Positions 31,646-44,098 are shown, numbered from the stretch's first letter. The stretch is DNA of 64,000 bases from Escherichia coli (GCF_030013595.1 NZ_CP122768.1); one strand, 5' to 3'. Made by a program: numbers and translations. Notes: a model not told the origin generated them from the sequence alone.

Positions 31646-33694
31646 ATGAGTCGTAAACAACTGGCGCTATTCGAACCAACACTTGTCCTTCAGGCGCTGA
31701 AAGAAGCGGTGAAAAAATTAAACCCGCAGGCGCAATGGCGCAATCCGGTGATGTTTATCGTCTGGATCGGCAGTCTGCTGACCACCTGTATTAGCATCGC
31801 GATGGCAAGCGGTGTGATGCCTGGCAATGCGCTGTTTAGCGCGGTAATTAGCGGCTGGCTGTGGGTCACCGTACTGTTCGCTAATTTCGCCGAGGCGTTG
31901 GCAGAAGGCCGCAGTAAAGCGCAGGCCAACAGTCTGAAAGGGGTGAAAAAAACTGCCTTTGCCCGCAAGCTGCGTGAGCCGAAATATGGCGCTGCGGCGG
32001 ACAAAGTTCCCGCCGATCAACTGCGTAAAGGCGATATCGTACTGGTGGAAGCTGGCGATATTATCCCCTGCGATGGTGAAGTCATTGAAGGGGGCGCATC
32101 GGTCGATGAAAGCGCCATTACCGGGGAATCGGCACCGGTGATCCGTGAATCCGGCGGCGATTTTGCCTCCGTCACTGGCGGCACGCGTATTCTTTCTGAC
32201 TGGCTGGTGATTGAGTGCAGCGTTAACCCCGGCGAGACATTTCTGGATCGGATGATCGCGATGGTGGAAGGCGCGCAGCGACGCAAAACGCCGAACGAGA
32301 TTGCCCTGACCATCCTGCTGATTGCCCTGACTATCGTCTTTTTACTGGCAACCGCCACGCTGTGGCCGTTTTCCGCGTGGGGCGGTAATGCAGTCAGCGT
32401 AACGGTACTGGTGGCGCTGCTGGTCTGTCTGATCCCAACGACCATTGGCGGTCTGTTGTCAGCGATCGGCGTCGCCGGGATGAGTCGGATGCTGGGCGCG
32501 AATGTGATTGCCACCAGCGGACGTGCAGTTGAAGCGGCGGGTGACGTTGACGTCCTGCTGCTGGATAAAACCGGCACAATCACGCTAGGTAACCGTCAGG
32601 CATCGGAGTTTATCCCTGCACAGGGCGTAGAGGAAAAAACGCTGGCCGACGCCGCACAACTGGCTTCGCTGGCTGATGAAACGCCGGAAGGTCGCAGTAT
32701 TGTGATCCTCGCCAAGCAGCGTTTTAACCTGCGCGAGCGCGATGTGCAGTCGCTCCACGCAACCTTTGTACCGTTTACTGCGCAAAGCCGGATGAGCGGG
32801 ATCAACATCGACAACCGCATGATCCGTAAAGGTTCTGTCGATGCCATTCGCCGCCATGTTGAGGCTAATGGTGGTCACTTCCCTGCCGATGTCGATCAAA
32901 AAGTCGATCAGGTTGCGCGTCAGGGGGCCACGCCGCTGGTGGTGGTGGAAGGTTCCCGTGTGCTGGGCGTTATTGCGCTGAAAGATATCGTCAAAGGCGG
33001 TATTAAAGAGCGCTTCGCCCAGCTGCGCAAAATGGGCATTAAAACGGTGATGATTACCGGCGATAACCGTCTGACTGCCGCCGCCATTGCTGCGGAAGCG
33101 GGCGTCGATGATTTTCTCGCCGAAGCAACACCGGAGGCCAAGCTGGCATTGATTCGTCAGTATCAGGCAGAAGGCCGTTTAGTGGCGATGACCGGCGACG
33201 GCACCAACGATGCTCCGGCGCTGGCGCAGGCAGATGTCGCGGTGGCGATGAACTCCGGTACTCAGGCGGCGAAAGAAGCGGGCAATATGGTGGATCTCGA
33301 CTCTAACCCGACCAAGTTGATCGAGGTGGTGCATATTGGCAAACAGATGCTGATGACCCGTGGCTCGCTCACTACCTTCAGCATTGCCAACGATGTAGCG
33401 AAATACTTCGCCATTATTCCGGCGGCGTTCGCGGCAACATATCCGCAGTTAAATGCGCTGAACATCATGCGCCTGCATTCGCCCGACTCCGCAATCCTCA
33501 GTGCGGTCATTTTCAACGCCTTGATTATCGTCTTTTTGATTCCCCTGGCGTTAAAAGGCGTGAGTTATAAACCGCTTACCGCTTCTGCCATGTTGCGCCG
33601 TAACTTATGGATTTACGGTCTGGGTGGGCTGCTGGTGCCATTTATTGGTATCAAAGTCATTGATTTACTGCTGACCGTTTGCGGTCTGGTGTGA
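31646..33694 (+). CDS. kdpB: K+-transporting P-type ATPase subunit B
   Basis: ORF track 682 aa; contains DKTGT phosphorylation motif and GDGTNDAP. Confidence 0.97.
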   Translation: MSRKQLALFEPTLVLQALKEAVKKLNPQAQWRNPVMFIVWIGSLLTTCISIAMASGVMPGNALFSAVISGWLWVTVLFANFAEALAEGRSKAQANSLKGVKKTAFARKLREPKYGAAADKVPADQLRKGDIVLVEAGDIIPCDGEVIEGGASVDESAITGESAPVIRESGGDFASVTGGTRILSDWLVIECSVNPGETFLDRMIAMVEGAQRRKTPNEIALTILLIALTIVFLLATATLWPFSAWGGNAVSVTVLVALLVCLIPTTIGGLLSAIGVAGMSRMLGANVIATSGRAVEAAGDVDVLLLDKTGTITLGNRQASEFIPAQGVEEKTLADAAQLASLADETPEGRSIVILAKQRFNLRERDVQSLHATFVPFTAQSRMSGINIDNRMIRKGSVDAIRRHVEANGGHFPADVDQKVDQVARQGATPLVVVEGSRVLGVIALKDIVKGGIKERFAQLRKMGIKTVMITGDNRLTAAAIAAEAGVDDFLAEATPEAKLALIRQYQAEGRLVAMTGDGTNDAPALAQADVAVAMNSGTQAAKEAGNMVDLDSNPTKLIEVVHIGKQMLMTRGSLTTFSIANDVAKYFAIIPAAFAATYPQLNALNIMRLHSPDSAILSAVIFNALIIVFLIPLALKGVSYKPLTASAMLRRNLWIYGLGGLLVPFIGIKVIDLLLTVCGLV

Positions 33695-33702
33695 GGTTTA
33701 CC

Positions 33703-34275
33703 ATGCGTGGATTACGTCCGGCATTATCGACATTTATCTTTCTGTTATTGATTACTGGCGGCGTTTACCCCCTGCTAACCACCGCGCTGGGGCAATGGTG
33801 GTTTCCCTGGCAGGCCAACGGTTCGTTGATTCGTGAAGGTGATACGGTGCGCGGTTCGGCATTAATTGGGCAGAATTTTACCGGCAACGGCTATTTTCAT
33901 GGTCGCCCGTCGGCAACGGCAGAAATGCCCTATAATCCACAGGCTTCTGGCGGGAGCAATTTGGCGGTCAGTAACCCTGAGCTGGATAAACTAATAGCCG
34001 CACGCGTTGCTGCATTACGGGCCGCTAACCCGGATGCCAGCGCGAGCGTTCCGGTTGAACTGGTGACGGCATCGGCAAGCGGGCTGGACAATAACATCAC
34101 CCCGCAAGCGGCAGCCTGGCAGATCCCACGCGTGGCGAAAGCGCGTAATCTCAGCGTTGAACAGCTCACGCAACTGATCGCAAAATACAGCCAACAACCG
34201 CTGGTGAAATATATCGGCCAGCCGGTCGTCAACATTGTCGAACTCAATCTGGCGCTGGATAAGCTTGATGAATAA
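33703..34275 (+). CDS. kdpC: K+-transporting ATPase subunit C
   Basis: Within ORF 33679..34275; start at [16 protein letters not shown] (ATG 33703), 190 aa. Confidence 0.93.
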   Translation: MRGLRPALSTFIFLLLITGGVYPLLTTALGQWWFPWQANGSLIREGDTVRGSALIGQNFTGNGYFHGRPSATAEMPYNPQASGGSNLAVSNPELDKLIAARVAALRAANPDASASVPVELVTASASGLDNNITPQAAAWQIPRVAKARNLSVEQLTQLIAKYSQQPLVKYIGQPVVNIVELNLALDKLDE

Positions 34276-36952
34276 CGAACCCTTACGTCCCGACCCCGAT
34301 CGTCTGCTGGAACAAACTGCCGCGCCGCATCGGGGGAAGCTGAAAGTTTTCTTCGGTGCCTGCGCAGGCGTCGGGAAGACCTGGGCGATGCTGGCAGAAG
34401 CCCAGCGACTGCGGGCGCAAGGGCTGGATATTGTGGTTGGCGTGGTAGAAACCCACGGGCGGAAAGATACCGCCGCAATGCTGGAAGGGCTGGCTGTTCT
34501 GCCGTTAAAACGCCAGGCGTACCGTGGGCGGCACATCAGCGAGTTTGATCTCGATGCCGCCCTCGCCCGCCGTCCGGCACTGATCTTAATGGACGAACTG
34601 GCGCACAGTAATGCGCCAGGTTCTCGTCATCCTAAACGCTGGCAGGACATCGAAGAGCTGCTGGAAGCTGGCATTGATGTTTTCACAACCGTCAACGTTC
34701 AGCATCTGGAAAGTCTGAATGATGTGGTCAGCGGCGTCACCGGAATTCAGGTACGGGAAACCGTGCCCGATCCTTTTTTCGATGCCGCCGACGACGTGGT
34801 GCTGGTGGACTTGCCCCCGGACGATCTGCGTCAACGGCTGAAAGAAGGTAAAGTCTATATTGCCGGGCAGGCGGAACGCGCCATTGAACATTTTTTTCGC
34901 AAAGGCAATCTGATCGCCCTGCGCGAACTGGCACTGCGCCGTACTGCCGATCGCGTAGATGAGCAAATGCGCGCCTGGCGGGGGCATCCTGGCGAAGAGA
35001 AAGTCTGGCACACGCGCGACGCGATCCTTTTATGCATCGGGCATAACACCGGCAGCGAAAAACTGGTCCGCGCGGCGGCGCGGCTGGCGTCACGGCTGGG
35101 TAGCGTCTGGCACGCGGTGTATGTTGAAACCCCTGCCCTGCATCGCTTACCAGAGAAAAAACGTCGGGCAATTCTCAGCGCCTTACGTCTGGCGCAGGAG
35201 CTGGGCGCAGAGACGGCAACACTTTCTGATCCAGCGGAAGAGAAAGCGATAGTGCGTTATGCCCGTGAACATAATCTCGGCAAGATTATTCTCGGTCGCC
35301 CAGCCTCGCGCCGCCGGTGGCGTCGGGAAACGTTTGCTGACCGACTGGCGCGCATCGCCCCCGATCTCGATCAGGTGCTGGTCGCGCTTGATGAACCACC
35401 CGCCCGCACGATAAACAACGCGCCGGATAGCCGCTCTTTTAAAGACAAGTGGCGGGTACAGATTCAGGGATGCGTGGTTGCCGCCGCGTTATGCGCCGTT
35501 ATCACCTTAATTGCCATGCAGTGGCTGATGGCGTTTGATGCCGCCAACCTGGTGATGCTGTACCTACTTGGCGTGGTGGTGGTGGCGCTATTTTATGGAC
35601 GCTGGCCTTCGGTGGTTGCTACCGTCATTAATGTGGTGAGTTTCGATCTCTTTTTTATCGCCCCACGCGGCACGCTCGCCGTCTCTGATGTGCAATATCT
35701 GCTGACCTTCGCGGTGATGTTAACCGTCGGGCTGGTGATCGGGAACCTTACTGCTGGCGTTCGTTATCAGGCGCGGGTAGCCCGTTACCGCGAGCAACGC
35801 ACACGGCACTTATATGAAATGTCGAAAGCTCTGGCGGTGGGCCGCAGTCCGCAGGACATCGCCGCCACCAGCGAACAATTTATTGCCTCCACGTTTCATG
35901 CCCGCAGTCAGGTGTTGTTGCCCGATGACAACGGTAAATTGCAGCCGTTAACACATCCGCAAGGAATGACGCCGTGGGACGATGCCATCGCGCAGTGGAG
36001 TTTTGATAAAGGCCTGCCTGCGGGCGCGGGCACCGACACGTTACCCGGTGTACCGTACCAGATTTTGCCGCTAAAAAGCGGCGAGAAAACCTACGGGCTG
36101 GTGGTGGTGGAACCGGGGAATCTGCGCCAGTTGATGATCCCGGAACAGCAACGCCTGCTGGAGACGTTTACGCTGTTAGTCGCCAATGCCCTTGAGCGGC
36201 TGACACTGACCGCCAGCGAAGAACAGGCGCGGATGGCAAGCGAACGAGAACAGATCCGCAACGCCCTGCTGGCGGCGCTTTCGCATGATTTACGCACGCC
36301 GCTTACGGTGCTGTTCGGTCAGGCAGAAATCTTAACGCTCGATCTGGCGAGCGAAGGATCGCCCCACGCCCGCCAGGCCAGCGAGATTCGTCAGCATGTG
36401 CTGAACACGACCCGACTGGTGAATAATCTACTGGATATGGCGCGAATTCAGTCCGGCGGCTTTAATTTGAAGAAAGAGTGGTTAACGCTGGAAGAAGTGG
36501 TCGGCAGCGCGCTGCAAATGCTGGAACCGGGTTTATCGTCGCCCATCAATCTTTCTCTGCCAGAACCGCTGACCTTAATCCACGTTGACGGGCCACTCTT
36601 TGAACGGGTGCTGATTAATCTGCTGGAGAACGCGGTGAAATACGCGGGGGCGCAGGCCGAAATTGGTATCGATGCCCACGTTGAGGGCGAGAAGCTACAA
36701 CTGGATGTCTGGGATAACGGCCCCGGTCTTCCGCCAGGCCAGGAGCAGACGATATTTGATAAGTTTGCTCGCGGGAATAAAGAGTCGGCGATACCGGGTG
36801 TCGGGCTTGGGCTGGCAATTTGTCGGGCGATTGTGGATGTACACGGCGGCACCATTACCGCGTTCAACCGACCGGAAGGTGGTGCCTGTTTTCGTGTTAC
36901 ACTTCCCCAGCAAACTGCCCCTGAACTTGAAGAATTTCATGAGGATATGTGA
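34268..36952 (+). CDS. kdpD: sensor histidine kinase KdpD
   Basis: Within ORF 34235..36952; start at [14 protein letters not shown] (ATG 34268), 894 aa; H-box SHDLRTPL and ATPase motifs. Confidence 0.95.
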   Translation: MNNEPLRPDPDRLLEQTAAPHRGKLKVFFGACAGVGKTWAMLAEAQRLRAQGLDIVVGVVETHGRKDTAAMLEGLAVLPLKRQAYRGRHISEFDLDAALARRPALILMDELAHSNAPGSRHPKRWQDIEELLEAGIDVFTTVNVQHLESLNDVVSGVTGIQVRETVPDPFFDAADDVVLVDLPPDDLRQRLKEGKVYIAGQAERAIEHFFRKGNLIALRELALRRTADRVDEQMRAWRGHPGEEKVWHTRDAILLCIGHNTGSEKLVRAAARLASRLGSVWHAVYVETPALHRLPEKKRRAILSALRLAQELGAETATLSDPAEEKAIVRYAREHNLGKIILGRPASRRRWRRETFADRLARIAPDLDQVLVALDEPPARTINNAPDSRSFKDKWRVQIQGCVVAAALCAVITLIAMQWLMAFDAANLVMLYLLGVVVVALFYGRWPSVVATVINVVSFDLFFIAPRGTLAVSDVQYLLTFAVMLTVGLVIGNLTAGVRYQARVARYREQRTRHLYEMSKALAVGRSPQDIAATSEQFIASTFHARSQVLLPDDNGKLQPLTHPQGMTPWDDAIAQWSFDKGLPAGAGTDTLPGVPYQILPLKSGEKTYGLVVVEPGNLRQLMIPEQQRLLETFTLLVANALERLTLTASEEQARMASEREQIRNALLAALSHDLRTPLTVLFGQAEILTLDLASEGSPHARQASEIRQHVLNTTRLVNNLLDMARIQSGGFNLKKEWLTLEEVVGSALQMLEPGLSSPINLSLPEPLTLIHVDGPLFERVLINLLENAVKYAGAQAEIGIDAHVEGEKLQLDVWDNGPGLPPGQEQTIFDKFARGNKESAIPGVGLGLAICRAIVDVHGGTITAFNRPEGGACFRVTLPQQTAPELEEFHEDM

Positions 36953-37626
36953 CAAACGTTCTGATTGTTGAAGATGAACAGGCTATTCGTCGCTTTCTGC
37001 GCACGGCGCTGGAGGGCGACGGTATGCGCGTCTTTGAGGCCGAAACGCTGCAACGCGGCTTGCTGGAAGCGGCAACCCGTAAGCCAGATTTGATTATTCT
37101 CGATCTCGGCCTGCCCGATGGTGATGGGATTGAGTTTATCCGCGACCTGCGCCAGTGGAGCGCGGTGCCGGTGATTGTGCTTTCCGCACGTAGCGAAGAG
37201 AGCGACAAAATCGCCGCGCTGGATGCCGGAGCGGATGATTATCTGAGTAAGCCGTTTGGCATTGGCGAATTGCAGGCCCGTCTGCGCGTCGCATTACGCC
37301 GCCACTCTGCCACCACCACGCCCGATCCGCTGGTGAAATTTTCCAATGTTACCGTCGATTTAGCGGCTCGAGTGATCCATCGCGGTGAGGAAGAGGTGCA
37401 TCTCACCCCGATTGAGTTCCGCCTGCTGGCGGTGTTGCTTAATAATGCGGGAAAAGTGCTCACCCAGCGCCAGCTCCTTAACCAGGTGTGGGGGCCAAAC
37501 GCGGTCGAACACAGTCATTATTTGCGTATTTATATGGGGCATCTGCGACAAAAACTGGAACAGGATCCCGCCCGCCCACGCCATTTCATTACTGAAACCG
37601 GTATTGGGTATCGGTTTATGCTTTGA
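36949..37626 (+). CDS. kdpE: response regulator KdpE (OmpR family)
   Basis: ORF track 225 aa [17 protein letters not shown]...; GTG start overlapping kdpD stop. Confidence 0.95.
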   Translation: MTNVLIVEDEQAIRRFLRTALEGDGMRVFEAETLQRGLLEAATRKPDLIILDLGLPDGDGIEFIRDLRQWSAVPVIVLSARSEESDKIAALDAGADDYLSKPFGIGELQARLRVALRRHSATTTPDPLVKFSNVTVDLAARVIHRGEEEVHLTPIEFRLLAVLLNNAGKVLTQRQLLNQVWGPNAVEHSHYLRIYMGHLRQKLEQDPARPRHFITETGIGYRFML

Positions 37627-37900
37627 ATTGTTATTCAATAAATTCGCTTTAATAGTGATTAATTTATTATTAAACCTGCTCCAAATATTATTATTTGGCA
37701 GGTTTAATTTCTTAACGCAAATATAAAACACGAAATTACAACATTTAAGTAACAAAACAGCATCTAATATGGCAATATTCATAATTAATGATTTATTATC
37801 TGGGGTATGATCGTTTTTTGTTGATCTTCTTCACAGATTATAGCCATTTCATGGATAGAATAACTCTACCTTCAACTGACACAGCAAGAGGTAAAGGTAA

Positions 37901-38005
37901 ATGGAAAATAATAACCGCTTAATGCCTCATATAAGGCGGACAACCCATATCATGAAGTTTGCCCATCGTAATAGTTTTGACTTTCATTTCTTTAATGCCC
38001 GCTAG
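37901..38005 (+). CDS. speFL: speF leader peptide (ornithine-sensing arrest peptide)
   Basis: Hand-translated 34-codon ORF MENNNRLMPHIRRTTHIMKFAHRNSFDFHFFNAR, about 310 bp upstream of speF; below the 60-aa ORF-track cut-off. Confidence 0.75.
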   Translation: MENNNRLMPHIRRTTHIMKFAHRNSFDFHFFNAR

Positions 38006-38315
38006 TCTTCTGACTAAAGGGCACCCCAACGTACAGGTCTCCCTGACTTTAAGCATTACAGGTTAATACCTGTATCCCTCGGTGCTCATATACTGCTAAC
38101 CCTTTTAAACTCTAAATAATTCGAGTCGCAGCACTTGCAACTTGAGGTATGACGAGTATAGCCAGTTACCGGGCTGGTCTGGGTTATTGCATCTACAAAA
38201 AGCAAACTACTGATTTATTTATCAGCGGTGGGGTTTTGCTTTTTTTCCGGCGTGATCGATTTCTCCTTTGAGAAATTGAGGACCTGCTATTACCTGAAAT
38301 AAAGAGATGAACAAA

Positions 38316-40514
38316 ATGTCAGAATTAAAAATTGCCGTTAGTCGTTCTTGCCCGGATTGTTTTTCAACTCATCGCACATGCGTGAATATTGACGAAAGTA
38401 ATTATATTGACGTTGCCGCCATTATTTTATCGGTCAATGATGTGGAACGTGGAAAACTCGATGAAATAGACGCTACTGGCTATGGCATTCCTGTTTTTAT
38501 TGCAACGGAAAATGAAGAACGTGTACCCGCAGAATATCTGCCACGTATTTCTGGTGTCTTCGAACATTGCGAATCACGTAAAGAGTTTTATGGACGTCAG
38601 TTAGAAACCGCTGCAAGCCATTATGAAACGCAACTGCGCCCGCCCTTCTTCCGCGCACTGGTCGATTATGTTAATCAGGGCAATAGTGCTTTTGACTGCC
38701 CTGGTCATCAGGGGGGTGAGTTTTTCCGTCGCCATCCGGCAGGCAATCAGTTCGTGGAATACTTTGGTGAGGCGCTGTTCCGTGCTGACTTGTGCAACGC
38801 CGACGTAGCGATGGGCGATCTGCTGATTCACGAAGGCGCGCCATGCATTGCACAGCAACATGCGGCTAAAGTCTTTAATGCCGATAAAACCTATTTCGTT
38901 TTAAACGGTACTTCATCTTCTAATAAAGTGGTCTTAAACGCATTGCTGACGCCGGGCGATCTGGTGTTGTTTGACCGCAATAACCATAAATCTAACCACC
39001 ACGGTGCGTTGCTACAGGCTGGCGCGACACCGGTTTATCTGGAAACCGCACGTAACCCGTATGGTTTTATCGGTGGTATTGACGCTCACTGTTTTGAAGA
39101 AAGTTACCTGCGTGAGCTGATTATAGAAGTTGCACCGCAGCGGGCAAAAGAGGCTCGTCCTTTCCGCCTCGCCGTTATTCAGCTAGGCACTTACGACGGT
39201 ACGATTTATAACGCCCGTCAGGTGGTGGATAAAATTGGTCATCTGTGTGACTACATCCTCTTTGACTCCGCATGGGTCGGCTATGAGCAGTTTATCCCGA
39301 TGATGGCGGACTGTTCACCACTGTTGCTGGATCTTAATGAGAACGATCCGGGTATTCTGGTTACGCAATCCGTACATAAACAGCAGGCTGGTTTTTCTCA
39401 AACTTCACAAATCCATAAAAAAGACAACCACATCAAAGGGCAACAGCGTTATGTACCGCACAAACGCATGAACAACGCCTTTATGATGCACGCCTCCACC
39501 AGCCCGTTCTATCCGCTGTTTGCCGCACTGGATATCAACGCCAAAATGCATGAAGGTGTCAGCGGTCGTAATATGTGGATGGATTGTGTGGTAAATGGCA
39601 TTAATGCCCGCAAACTGATCCTCGATAACTGTCAGCATATTCGTCCGTTCGTACCTGAACTGGTGGATGGTAAACCCTGGCAGTCGTATGAAACAGCGCA
39701 AATTGCGGTTGATCTGCGCTTCTTCCAGTTTGTACCAGGGGAACACTGGCATTCTTTTGAAGGCTATGCAGAGAATCAATACTTTGTTGATCCGTGCAAA
39801 CTGTTGCTGACAACCCCAGGTATTGATGCACGTAACGGCGAATATGAAGCGTTCGGTGTACCCGCGACGATTCTTGCTAATTTCCTGCGCGAAAATGGCG
39901 TAGTGCCGGAAAAATGCGATCTTAACTCCATCCTCTTCCTGCTGACTCCAGCAGAAGATATGGCCAAACTTCAGCAACTTGTTGCCCTGCTGGTACGCTT
40001 CGAAAAACTGCTGGAATCTGATGCGCCGCTGGCGGAAGTGCTACCTTCCATCTACAAACAGCATGAAGAGCGCTACGCCGGTTATACGCTTCGTCAGTTG
40101 TGCCAGGAAATGCATGATTTGTATGCCCGCCACAACGTGAAACAACTGCAAAAAGAGATGTTCCGTAAGGAACACTTCCCACGCGTCAGCATGAATCCGC
40201 AAGAAGCTAACTACGCCTATTTACGCGGTGAAGTGGAGCTGGTTCGTCTGCCGGATGCAGAAGGCCGTATCGCTGCCGAAGGTGCGCTTCCTTATCCTCC
40301 GGGTGTGCTGTGTGTTGTTCCGGGTGAAATCTGGGGTGGTGCTGTTTTGCGTTACTTCAGCGCTCTGGAAGAAGGGATCAACCTGCTGCCAGGTTTTGCA
40401 CCGGAGCTGCAGGGTGTCTATATCGAAGAACATGATGGTCGTAAGCAAGTTTGGTGCTATGTCATCAAGCCTCGTGATGCGCAAAGCACCCTGTTGAAAG
40501 GGGAAAAATTATGA
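38316..40514 (+). CDS. speF: inducible ornithine decarboxylase
   Basis: Within ORF 38307..40514; start taken at MSELKIAVS (ATG 38316), 732 aa. Confidence 0.95.
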   Translation: MSELKIAVSRSCPDCFSTHRTCVNIDESNYIDVAAIILSVNDVERGKLDEIDATGYGIPVFIATENEERVPAEYLPRISGVFEHCESRKEFYGRQLETAASHYETQLRPPFFRALVDYVNQGNSAFDCPGHQGGEFFRRHPAGNQFVEYFGEALFRADLCNADVAMGDLLIHEGAPCIAQQHAAKVFNADKTYFVLNGTSSSNKVVLNALLTPGDLVLFDRNNHKSNHHGALLQAGATPVYLETARNPYGFIGGIDAHCFEESYLRELIIEVAPQRAKEARPFRLAVIQLGTYDGTIYNARQVVDKIGHLCDYILFDSAWVGYEQFIPMMADCSPLLLDLNENDPGILVTQSVHKQQAGFSQTSQIHKKDNHIKGQQRYVPHKRMNNAFMMHASTSPFYPLFAALDINAKMHEGVSGRNMWMDCVVNGINARKLILDNCQHIRPFVPELVDGKPWQSYETAQIAVDLRFFQFVPGEHWHSFEGYAENQYFVDPCKLLLTTPGIDARNGEYEAFGVPATILANFLRENGVVPEKCDLNSILFLLTPAEDMAKLQQLVALLVRFEKLLESDAPLAEVLPSIYKQHEERYAGYTLRQLCQEMHDLYARHNVKQLQKEMFRKEHFPRVSMNPQEANYAYLRGEVELVRLPDAEGRIAAEGALPYPPGVLCVVPGEIWGGAVLRYFSALEEGINLLPGFAPELQGVYIEEHDGRKQVWCYVIKPRDAQSTLLKGEKL

Positions 40515-41830
40515 GTCAGGCTAAATCGAACAAAATGGGCGTCGTTCAGTTAACCATACTGACGATGGTCAACATGATGGGCTCCGGTATCATCATGCTG
40601 CCGACAAAGCTTGCCGAAGTTGGGACAATTTCAATTATCTCCTGGCTGGTGACAGCCGTAGGCTCAATGGCACTGGCATGGGCATTCGCAAAATGCGGTA
40701 TGTTCAGCCGTAAATCAGGCGGTATGGGCGGTTATGCGGAGTATGCTTTCGGTAAATCCGGGAACTTTATGGCGAACTATACCTACGGCGTCTCACTGCT
40801 AATTGCTAACGTCGCGATTGCTATTTCGGCGGTTGGTTACGGCACCGAACTGCTCGGCGCGAGTTTGTCGCCAGTGCAGATTGGTCTTGCGACCATCGGG
40901 GTGCTGTGGATTTGTACCGTGGCTAACTTTGGTGGTGCGCGCATTACCGGGCAAATCAGTAGCATTACCGTGTGGGGGGTCATTATTCCGGTGGTAGGCC
41001 TGTGCGTTATCGGCTGGTTCTGGTTTAGCCCGACGCTTTACGTTGATTCCTGGAATCCGCATCATGCACCGTTCTTCAGTGCGGTAGGTTCTTCCATCGC
41101 TATGACGCTGTGGGCTTTTCTTGGTCTGGAGTCTGCGTGTGCGAATACTGATGTAGTGGAAAACCCGGAACGTAATGTGCCAATCGCGGTACTCGGCGGT
41201 ACGTTAGGTGCGGCGGTGATTTATATCGTCTCCACCAACGTGATTGCAGGGATTGTGCCTAATATGGAGCTGGCAAATTCAACGGCACCATTTGGCCTGG
41301 CCTTCGCACAGATGTTCACGCCAGAAGTGGGTAAAGTCATTATGGCGCTGATGGTGATGTCCTGCTGCGGTTCGCTGCTTGGCTGGCAGTTCACCATTGC
41401 CCAGGTGTTTAAATCTTCATCTGATGAAGGCTACTTCCCTAAAATTTTCTCCCGTGTAACCAAAGTGGATGCACCGGTGCAGGGAATGTTGACCATTGTG
41501 ATTATCCAGAGCGGGTTGGCGCTGATGACGATTAGCCCGTCGCTAAACAGTCAGTTCAACGTGCTGGTTAACCTGGCCGTGGTGACCAATATCATTCCGT
41601 ATATTCTGTCAATGGCGGCATTAGTCATTATTCAGAAGGTCGCTAATGTGCCCCCCTCAAAAGCGAAAGTTGCAAACTTTGTTGCTTTTGTTGGCGCGAT
41701 GTACAGCTTTTATGCGCTGTACTCATCCGGGGAAGAAGCCATGCTATACGGTTCCATCGTGACCTTCCTCGGTTGGACACTGTATGGTCTGGTCTCACCA
41801 CGCTTTGAACTGAAAAATAAACACGGTTAA
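40511..41830 (+). CDS. potE: putrescine-ornithine antiporter
   Basis: ORF track 439 aa MSQAKSNKMGVVQLTILTMVNMMGSGIIML...; ATGA overlap with speF stop. Confidence 0.97.
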   Translation: MSQAKSNKMGVVQLTILTMVNMMGSGIIMLPTKLAEVGTISIISWLVTAVGSMALAWAFAKCGMFSRKSGGMGGYAEYAFGKSGNFMANYTYGVSLLIANVAIAISAVGYGTELLGASLSPVQIGLATIGVLWICTVANFGGARITGQISSITVWGVIIPVVGLCVIGWFWFSPTLYVDSWNPHHAPFFSAVGSSIAMTLWAFLGLESACANTDVVENPERNVPIAVLGGTLGAAVIYIVSTNVIAGIVPNMELANSTAPFGLAFAQMFTPEVGKVIMALMVMSCCGSLLGWQFTIAQVFKSSSDEGYFPKIFSRVTKVDAPVQGMLTIVIIQSGLALMTISPSLNSQFNVLVNLAVVTNIIPYILSMAALVIIQKVANVPPSKAKVANFVAFVGAMYSFYALYSSGEEAMLYGSIVTFLGWTLYGLVSPRFELKNKHG

Positions 41831-41842
41831 TTAAGCAAAGCA

Positions 41843-41874
41843 AAAAAGGGCGATCTTCCGACCGCCCTTTTTCT
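41843..41874. terminator. bidirectional rho-independent terminator between potE and pgm
   Basis: AAAAAAGGGCG ... CGCCCTTTTTCTT hairpin flanked by A-run and T-run in the 56-bp convergent gap. Confidence 0.65.
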
Positions 41875-41886
41875 TATTTAATGTGT

Positions 41887-43527
41887 TTACGCGTTTTTCA
41901 GAACTTCGCTAACAATCTCAACCGCTTCTTTCTCGATCTGCTTGCGATGCTCTTCACCGAGGAAGCTTTCGCAATAAATCTTGTACGCGTCTTCCGTGCC
42001 TGACGGACGCGCGGCGAACCAGCCGTTGTCAGTCATCACTTTCAGACCGCCAATAGAAGCACCGTTGCCCGGAGCAGCAGTCAGGCGTGCGGTGATCGGG
42101 TCACCTGCCAGGGTGCTGGCGCTCACCATTTCCGGAGACAGCTTAGACAGCGCCGCTTTTTGTGCGGAAGTCGCAGCTGCCTGCAAACGGTTGTAGCTCG
42201 GCGCACCAAAGCGTTTTGCCAGTTCGTTGTAGTGTTCCTGCGGGTTCTTACCGGTGACCGCGGTGATTTCTGCCGCCAGCAGACACATAATGATACCGTC
42301 TTTATCGGTTGACCACGGCGTGCCGTCGAAACGCAGGAAGGAAGCCCCTGCGCTCTCTTCGCCGCCAAAGCCGAAGCTGCCGTCGAACAGACCATCAACA
42401 AACCATTTGAAACCTACCGGGACTTCTACCAGCTTACGGCCCAAGTCATTGACCACACGGTCGATCATCGCAGATGAAACCAGCGTTTTACCGACAGCAA
42501 CATCTTTGCCCCACTGCGGACGATGCTGGAACAGGTAGTTGATCGCCACCGCCAGGTAGTGGTTCGGATTCATCAAACCTGCCGGAGTGACGATACCGTG
42601 ACGGTCATAATCCGGGTCGTTAGCAAACGCCAGATCGAACTTATCACGCAGTGCCAGCAGACCCGCCATCGCACACTCGGAGGAGCAGTCCATACGGATC
42701 GCACCGTCTTTATCGAGGTGCATAAAGCGGAAGGTTTGATCGACCTGATCGTTAACGATGGTCAGGTTGAGGTTGTAATACTCGCCAATGCGCTTCCAGT
42801 ATTCGATACCGGAACCACCCAGCGGATCAACGCCCAGCGTCAGGCCCGCTTTCTGAATCGCCGCCATATCAACGATATCGGCCAGCCCTTCCACAAACGG
42901 CTGCACCAGATCCTGCTCTTTCACATGACCGGATGCCATCGCTTCGTCGAGGGAGATACGCTTCACGCCTTTCAGGCCATCAGCCAGCAGTGCGTTGGCT
43001 CTGTCTTCCACCACTTTAGTGACGTTGGTATCAGCCGGGCCACCATTTGGCGGATTGTACTTGATACCACCATCTTCCGGCGGGTTATGGGACGGTGTAA
43101 TCACGATACCGTCTGCCAGCGGGCCACCTTTTTTATTGTGAACCAGGATGGCATTGGAAACGGCAGGCGTCGGAGTGAAGCCATTGTTTTCCTGCACAAT
43201 AACATCTACGCCGTTCGCTGCCAGCACTTCCAGTACGGAAATGAACGCAGGCTCGGACAGGGCGTGAGTATCTTTACCCACATAGCAAGGGCCAGTGATG
43301 CCGTTTTTCGCACGTTCTTCAGCAATTGCCTGAGCGATCGCCAGAATGTGCGGCTCGTTAAAGCTGTGGCGCGCTGCACTGCCACGGTGACCGGAAGTAC
43401 CGAATTTCACCGCGTGCTCCGCATTCCCTGCTTCTGGTTTCAGTACATAATATTGCGCCGTCAGTTGGGCGACGTTAATCAAATCACTCTGTTGTGCAGG
43501 TTGGCCTGCACGATTGTGGATTGCCAT
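41887..43527 (-). CDS. pgm: phosphoglucomutase
   Basis: Within ORF 41887..43578; start at [16 protein letters not shown] (ATG 43525-43527), 546 aa; TSGHRG phosphoserine-loop-like motif present. Confidence 0.95.
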
Positions 43528-43552
43528 TGCTTTGTCCTTTGTCTGCAACGTT

Positions 43553-44098
43553 TTAGATAGTTCCGCAAACCTTCTCAATCAATTCCGCCGGGAATTGCAT
43601 CGACTGCATGATGTGTTCGATCATGCTGCATTTACGGCCGGTGTTGGTGTTGGTGATCACCCAATACGGCGTGCCAGGCACATGTTTCGGCTTGGTCTGA
43701 TTACCATTTTTCAGCAGCGTTTGTTCATCTGCCGCAAAGTAAACGCGTGTACGACCGTGCAACGATTCCGTTGCTTCGGCAAACGCCTGGGCGTCAAGAG
43801 AATATAGTGTAGACAACAGCAGCATAAAGCGATTGACCGCTCGCTTTTGCTCTGCGTATTCATCCGAAAGCAGAAGTTCACGCATTGCGCGAACCTTGTC
43901 TTTAATCGTTTTGACCGGCTTCGCTTCGACGATAGCAGGTGACGCAACGCGAACCTCTTTCGTCACCGGAGCAGCAGGCTGTGATGCGGCGGAAAATTTC
44001 AACATACGCCGTAAAATGTCGGATGCGCTCTCGCCGATATGCTTAGTGTGGCTGGCAATATAGCTGTAGAGTTCATCATCAACTTCAATCGTTTTCAT
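43553..44098 (-). CDS. seqA: replication initiation negative regulator SeqA
   Basis: Within ORF 43553..44233; start at [22 protein letters not shown] (ATG 44096-44098), 181 aa. Confidence 0.95.

Noticed and set aside
37360-37782. 140-aa minus-strand ORF starting in the kdpE-speFL intergenic region and running antisense into kdpE
   Set aside because: Mostly overlaps kdpE on the opposite strand and is AT-rich and low-complexity; I cannot support it as a gene from sequence alone (a small annotated ORF may exist here in K-12, unverified).
42523-43560. 345-aa plus-strand ORF
   Set aside because: Antisense within pgm.
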